Shown one piece after another: positions 4,855-10,384 of a DNA stretch of 10,384 nucleotides (its first letter is position 1; every line of letters starts with the position of its first letter). This DNA comes from Bdellovibrionales bacterium. GTDB lineage: Bacteria; Bdellovibrionota; Bdellovibrionia; Bdellovibrionales; UBA1609. The position numbers were made by a program, and so were the translations under genes. The notes beneath the pieces were generated by a model. The model saw only the letters and a program-made list of their open reading frames with translations, had not been told where the DNA came from and made no database searches. Location: NCBI GenBank assembly GCA_050246815.1, contig JBFWVI010000079.1, positions 1-10,384 of the forward strand, in the 5' to 3' direction.

Positions 4855-6534
4855 TTACCAGAGCGAGTTCAACCAGTTCGAGATGTCATTAAAGAGGGCA
4901 AAGGCCATCAACGACATCAACAGCACCAGACCCACGGTTTGGGCGATTTCCATCTTGCGCATGCTTAAAGGTGCCCCTTGAAGAGCCTCAATGGAGAAAA
5001 ACACCAGGTGTCCGCCATCTAAGACCGGCACGGGCAAGAGATTGAGAAGAAATAAGTTCACGGAGATCAGGGCCATCATCTTAAGGAACTGCACCAATCC
5101 GGCCTCATAAGACTGGTTGGCGAAGCGGCCGATTGAAATAATACCACCGATGTTGCGTGCTGAGACGTCGCCTTGAATCAGGCGCACAATACTCATGACC
5201 ACCATACTGCTGGTTTCGACCGTGCGGCGTACGCCAAGTGAAAGCAATTCGCCAGCGCCCTTGGCTTTATAAAGGACCGGGCGGGGGTTGGTCTGCATCA
5301 TGCCAGAAACTATACCGATGGTGAAGCGACGCTCATCCTTACCGCGATGATCAATCAAAGCAGTCAGTTCGGGTGTGATTGCGGCTTTGATCTCTTCATC
5401 ACCACGGCGAAAAGTGAAAACAGGCGCGGTGCGATCGGGGTTGTACTTTTTAACCGACTCAATGACATGGCTCCAGGCCTCGATTTTTTGCTCGTCGACG
5501 GCAATCACGCGATCGCCCGATTTCAGGCCGGCTTTTTCAGCGGGTGAGCCGCGTTTCACCTTCCAAAGGTAGAGCTGCGCGGTTTCAAGCCCCAATTCGT
5601 TCAAGTTCTTAGTGCTGGCAGCGGCTTCAAAGACGACGTCGCGGGTGACGGGCTTGTCGTCGTTGCCATAGGCTTGCACCTTTAATTTCAAAGGCAACTT
5701 GCCGGCGGCGATATCGGCCAACATGAAATACTCAAAGTCACGCCAAGTCAGAATTTCGTGATCGTTCACGTGGGTGACAACCTCAAGGCTTTTTAGGCCC
5801 GCCTTGGCGGCGGCTGAGGTTGTGCCGATCACGCCAATCATCGGCGCGTAAGAAAGCGAATCCAAGCCCTCGATCACGCCCACTTGCGACTGTTTGCTTA
5901 AGATATTTTCATTTTCGCCCAGCACAGGTGTTACTGAAATTTCGGCCTGCTCGGATGAGTTTTCGCGTTGGACCACAAAGTGCATTTTCTGATTGGTGCC
6001 CGCATTGATCATGGCCTTGGCTTCGGGCCACGATTCGATGCTTTTGCCGTCGATGCTGATGATTTTATCGCCCGAGCGAAAGCCGGCCTCATAGGCACGA
6101 GAGGTGGTTTCGATATCGCCCAGATAATTGCCGATCTGGGGCTCACCGATCAGGCCGATGGCCAAGAATAAGAAGAAGGCAAAAAACAAATTCATCAGGG
6201 GCCCGGCTAAAACAATGGCAATCCGTTGCGCGACCGGTTTGTGCAAGAAGGAATGGCGCTTCTCACTTTCGGGCACGTCCTTTGAAGGATCGTCGCCGTA
6301 CATTTTCACATAGCCGCCAAGTGGGATCAGTGAAACGCAGTAGTTGGTGTCGCCGCGTTTGTACTGCAAAATCTTGCGGCCAAATCCAAGGCTGAAAGTT
6401 TCAACCCGCACTTTAAAAAACTTGGCGACTAAAAAGTGGCCAAGTTCGTGCACAAAAATCAGCAGGCCAAGAAGAATTAAGAAGGGACCGATTCCATCGG
6501 CGATGCCGCCGACCGCATTCATGAGTGTATTCAT
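4855..6534 (-). CDS. rseP: RIP metalloprotease RseP (site-2 protease, M50 family) with three PDZ-like repeats
   Basis: HELGH zinc motif, FSLGFG, IPLGGYVKM, AGPLMN and NLLPVPVLDGG; position after cdsA. Confidence 0.96.
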   Translation of the reverse strand: MNTLMNAVGGIADGIGPFLILLGLLIFVHELGHFLVAKFFKVRVETFSLGFGRKILQYKRGDTNYCVSLIPLGGYVKMYGDDPSKDVPESEKRHSFLHKPVAQRIAIVLAGPLMNLFFAFFLFLAIGLIGEPQIGNYLGDIETTSRAYEAGFRSGDKIISIDGKSIESWPEAKAMINAGTNQKMHFVVQRENSSEQAEISVTPVLGENENILSKQSQVGVIEGLDSLSYAPMIGVIGTTSAAAKAGLKSLEVVTHVNDHEILTWRDFEYFMLADIAAGKLPLKLKVQAYGNDDKPVTRDVVFEAAASTKNLNELGLETAQLYLWKVKRGSPAEKAGLKSGDRVIAVDEQKIEAWSHVIESVKKYNPDRTAPVFTFRRGDEEIKAAITPELTALIDHRGKDERRFTIGIVSGMMQTNPRPVLYKAKGAGELLSLGVRRTVETSSMVVMSIVRLIQGDVSARNIGGIISIGRFANQSYEAGLVQFLKMMALISVNLFLLNLLPVPVLDGGHLVFFSIEALQGAPLSMRKMEIAQTVGLVLLMSLMAFALFNDISNWLNSLW

Positions 6535-6543
6535 AGATAATCG

Positions 6544-6572
6544 ATTTTAAAGAAAGAGCGGAACTCCGTCTA
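6544..6572 (-). promoter_or_regulatory. putative internal sigma70-type promoter for rseP and downstream genes
   Basis: The - strand reads TAGACG (6572-6567), a 17-nt spacer, then TAAAAT (6549-6544). Only 9 nt separate the -10 box from the rseP ATG, and no SD is visible. Confidence 0.5.
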
Positions 6573-6581
6573 CGGTACGAC

Positions 6582-6628
6582 CACGCTTTTCGTAATTTTA
6601 GACGCAAAACGATGCTTTTTGACGCTTT
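6582..6628. repeat. short 10-bp-phased direct repeats GAYGC(TTT) in the cdsA-rseP gap
   Basis: + strand: GACGCAAA at 6601, GATGCTTT at 6611, GACGCTTT at 6621, plus CACGCTTT at 6582. Confidence 0.45.
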
Positions 6629-6700
6629 GTTGCTTGGTTCAAGGTCGAGGTTTGGTGCCAGATCGGCTTATGCGGCAGCACCGGCGAAAGAATGTCACGG

Positions 6701-7540
6701 CTAGAGCCAAGTCTCAGCGGCCAGGGCGAAGGCGTAAATCAGGGGGCAAGTGACGATAACGCCGTCGATACGGTCCAAGACGCCGCCGTGGCCGGGCATG
6801 ATGCTGCCTGAATCCTTCACATCGGCAACACGCTTGATCAAAGAGATCAGCAGATCGCCCATTTGTGCGACAAAGCCGCACACCAAAGCGAAAAGGGCCA
6901 CTTGCCAAGAACGTGTGTGCTTCAAGGCGATGGCCGCAAAAATCACGCCGATCACAACCGAGCCCACAAGTCCGGCAAAAGATCCTGCCACGGTTTTTTT
7001 AGGTGAAATCTGCGGCATCAATTTTTCTTTGCCCCACAAGATCCCACCAAAATAGGCAAACACATCACCGGCAAAGACAATCAGCAAATGCAGCACAAAC
7101 CAGGCCATGCCGTTGGGCAGGCGCAAAGTGTGAATTTCGTAGGTCGGAAAAACGACGCACAGAAAAAAACCAAGCACGCCCAAGCTCAGCGCGGTTAAAA
7201 GCTTGTCGTTGGGCATGCGATTTCGCGTCAGCCAAAGGGACACGGTCAAAAATGCGGCTATACAAACCGAGGTCATCAACAAAGGCTCCTGGCTGACCAA
7301 AACTGCAGCGAATAAGCCTAAGGCGCAGAGCAAAAACCAAATCAACAAGGGACGACTGATTTGCAAAGGCAAAAGCGACAGGCGCAAATATTCGCGCACC
7401 ATCAAGGCAATCGTTAAGCCGACTAAGACCTCAAGACCAAAGGCCTCAAAACGCCAGCCGACTAAAGCCAACAAAGTGACGGCCACAGCGGCAGAAATCA
7501 CTCGGGTCTTCAGCGAAGCCGCTTTTAGTTTTTCGTTCAT
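6701..7540 (-). CDS. cdsA: phosphatidate cytidylyltransferase (CDP-diacylglycerol synthase)
   Basis: Multi-pass hydrophobic protein with DVFAYFGG, ISPKKTVAG and GDLLISLIKRVADVKDSGSIMPGHGGVLDRID signature; ATGA overlap with the uppS stop. Confidence 0.96.
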   Translation of the reverse strand: MNEKLKAASLKTRVISAAVAVTLLALVGWRFEAFGLEVLVGLTIALMVREYLRLSLLPLQISRPLLIWFLLCALGLFAAVLVSQEPLLMTSVCIAAFLTVSLWLTRNRMPNDKLLTALSLGVLGFFLCVVFPTYEIHTLRLPNGMAWFVLHLLIVFAGDVFAYFGGILWGKEKLMPQISPKKTVAGSFAGLVGSVVIGVIFAAIALKHTRSWQVALFALVCGFVAQMGDLLISLIKRVADVKDSGSIMPGHGGVLDRIDGVIVTCPLIYAFALAAETWL

Positions 7541-8274
7541 GGGGCGCCCGGCGAGGGAGCGTTGGCGATCTGCGCGCTGGTTCGGCCAAAACGCCGTTCA
7601 CGGCCGGCGAAAATTTGCAAAGAGCGATCAAGTTCCACCGAGTCGAACTCGGGCCAAGGCTTCTCACAGACGTGGATTTCAGAATATGCAGCCTGCCATA
7701 AAAAGAAATTAGACAAACGATGTTCACCGCTGGTGCGCACAATAAGATCTGGATCAGGCAAAAAAGAGGACTCAAGGCTTGCGGCCAAAGTGGCCTCATC
7801 AATGTCGTGCGGCTTGATTTCGCCTTGTGCGGCTTGCTGCGCCAGACGTCTGACGGCTGCGGTGAGCTCTTGGCGCCCGCCATAGCTTAAGGCGAAGGTC
7901 AGGTTCATGCCGCTACAATGTGCGGTTTGACGGATGGTGTCGGCTACGCGCTCTTGAACTGCTCGCGGTAAACGCTCGATTTCGCCGATGCAGTGAAAGC
8001 GAATATTATTCTTTACCAGCATCGGCGTTTCACGCTTCAGGCGACGCGCCAACAGACCCATCAAAAACGAAACTTCCGTGCTGGGGCGCAACCAATTTTC
8101 AGTGCTAAAAGTGAAAAGCGTTAAATTTTGAATTTTACGACGGGCACATTCCTCGATGATTTTTTTAGCCACAGTGGCGCCGCGCACATGGCCGTAAACG
8201 CGATGGTGCCCACGTCCTTCGGCCCATCGTCCGTTGCCATCCATTATGATTGCCAAATGTCGGGGAAGTTCCAA
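7537..8274 (-). CDS. uppS: undecaprenyl diphosphate synthase (cis-prenyltransferase)
   Basis: PRHLAIIMDGNGRWA, FSTENWLRP, LSYGGRQE, DPDLIVRTSGEHRLSNFFLWQAAYSE and RERRFG. TTG start with GGAG 8 nt upstream. Confidence 0.97.
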   Translation of the reverse strand: MELPRHLAIIMDGNGRWAEGRGHHRVYGHVRGATVAKKIIEECARRKIQNLTLFTFSTENWLRPSTEVSFLMGLLARRLKRETPMLVKNNIRFHCIGEIERLPRAVQERVADTIRQTAHCSGMNLTFALSYGGRQELTAAVRRLAQQAAQGEIKPHDIDEATLAASLESSFLPDPDLIVRTSGEHRLSNFFLWQAAYSEIHVCEKPWPEFDSVELDRSLQIFAGRERRFGRTSAQIANAPSPGAP

Positions 8275-8293
8275 CGCCCAATCTCCGTGTGGA

Positions 8294-8851
8294 TTAAACC
8301 GTCATCAATTCTTTTTCTTTGTCTTCGGCGATCTTATCCACTTTTTTGATGTAATCGTCGGTCAACTTCTGAATGTCCGCTTCGCCTCGCTTGGCTTCGT
8401 CCTCGCTGATGGACTTTTCTTTTTGTGCTTTTTTGAAAATCTCATTCGCGTCGCGACGGGCCATGCGCACCGCCACGCGAGCGTCTTCGACCACCTTTTT
8501 GATATTTTTAACCATTTCTTTGCGGCGGTCTTCAGTCAGTTCAGGAACTTTCAAGCGGATCACTTTGCCGTCATTTTGTGGCGTCATGCCGACATCGCTT
8601 TTCACAATGGCGGCTTCGATTTCTTTCAAGACCGAAGCGTCCCAAGGAGCAATTAGAAAAGAGCGAGCGTCGGGGCAAGACAACGCAGCCACTTGGTTGA
8701 GGGGGGTCGGTGTACCGTAATAATTCACACGTACACTGTCCAGCATCGAAACTTGGGCGCGTCCGGTGCGGACTTTTTTTAGTTCGTTCATCAGCGCCGC
8801 CACGGCTTTTTCCATTTGGTCTTTGGCGGCTTTTTGTTGTTGTTGCAGCAT
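8294..8851 (-). CDS. frr: ribosome recycling factor
   Basis: 185 aa; VRTGRA, VNYYGTPTPLNQVA, PQNDGKVIRL, PELTEDRRKE, ARVAVR and IQKLTD. Confidence 0.98.
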   Translation of the reverse strand: MLQQQQKAAKDQMEKAVAALMNELKKVRTGRAQVSMLDSVRVNYYGTPTPLNQVAALSCPDARSFLIAPWDASVLKEIEAAIVKSDVGMTPQNDGKVIRLKVPELTEDRRKEMVKNIKKVVEDARVAVRMARRDANEIFKKAQKEKSISEDEAKRGEADIQKLTDDYIKKVDKIAEDKEKELMTV

Positions 8852-8868
8852 GATCTCAACCCCCGCGG

Positions 8869-10268
<1,400 letters not shown>

Positions 10269-10310
10269 GTTTCAAATCCTTCTTAATTTTGAAAGTTATC
10301 AGATCAAAGC

Positions 10311-10336
10311 CGCGGCCGATGAACAGGTCGGCCGCG
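10311..10336 (-). terminator. GC-rich stem-loop between rpsB and tsf (weak terminator/attenuator or mRNA stabiliser)
   Basis: Perfect 9-bp inverted repeat CGCGGCCGA (10311-10319) / TCGGCCGCG (10328-10336) with an 8-nt loop, starting 9 nt after the upstream stop. On the - strand it is followed only by GCTTTGA, a poor U-tract. Confidence 0.6.
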
Positions 10337-10345
10337 TGAATTTGC

Positions 10346-10384
10346 TTATTCGGCGGTGTCGTCGCTTGGAGTTTCTTCGACGAC
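10346..10384 (-). CDS. rpsB: 3' end of a gene, probably 30S ribosomal protein S2 (acidic C-terminal tail)
   Basis: The - strand frame reads ...VVEETPSDDTAE* (TAA at 10348-10346). Identity rests on the conserved rpsB-tsf-pyrH-frr order and the acidic tails common in S2; no conserved S2 motif is inside the window. Confidence 0.65.
   Translation of the reverse strand, partial: VVEETPSDDTAE

Noticed and set aside
6645..6660. Possible sigma54 promoter (TGGCAC on the - strand at 6660-6655)
   Set aside because: The -12 element is missing: the sequence reads TGGCAC-CAAAC-CTCG where TTGC is required.
6535..6700. tRNA, riboswitch, sRNA or CRISPR array in the largest intergenic gap
   Set aside because: I found no cloverleaf, long stable stem, terminator or repeat-spacer periodicity by eye. 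An Infernal/Rfam scan would be the decisive test.
1722..7883. Alternative-frame - strand ORFs (1722-1946, 3827-4027, 4339-4740, 6413-6607, 6714-6908, 7065-7340, 7446-7883)
   Set aside because: They are nested in or overlap conserved genes in another frame, have low-information R/S/P-rich translations and show no family motifs.
8834..8845. CAG-CAA-CAA-CAA (poly-Gln) at the frr N-terminus as a microsatellite
   Set aside because: Only four codons in a variable helical N-terminus; too short to be meaningful.

Overview
A housekeeping chromosomal window in which every credible gene lies on the - strand. In transcription order (right to left): the probable 3' end of rpsB, tsf (short 217-aa form), pyrH, frr, uppS, cdsA, a 166-bp gap with no dxr, rseP (three PDZ-like repeats), tsaB, a MinD/FlhG-family ATPase, a protein fusing an HPD-less J-like domain to a RodZ-type HTH, rluD, pgeF, a membrane-anchored hypothetical protein with DxDGDG loops, and the 5' end of a lipoprotein gene missing from the ORF track, which has its own near-consensus sigma70 promoter. 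Gene order and protein style suggest a Bdellovibrionota/deltaproteobacterial-type genome; this is inference, not a database result. I saw no mobile element, CRISPR array or RNA gene. The best candidate for an uncharacterised system is the tightly linked pair at 2375-4094: a MinD/FlhG-like ATPase with a ~55-aa insertion and no obvious membrane-targeting helix, and a soluble J-like/RodZ-HTH partner. It resembles an ATPase-plus-adaptor positioning module. Secondary points are the near-leaderless internal rseP promoter with 10-bp-phased repeats upstream, an OmpR/PhoB-type direct repeat over the lipoprotein -35 box, the three-PDZ RseP and the missing dxr.
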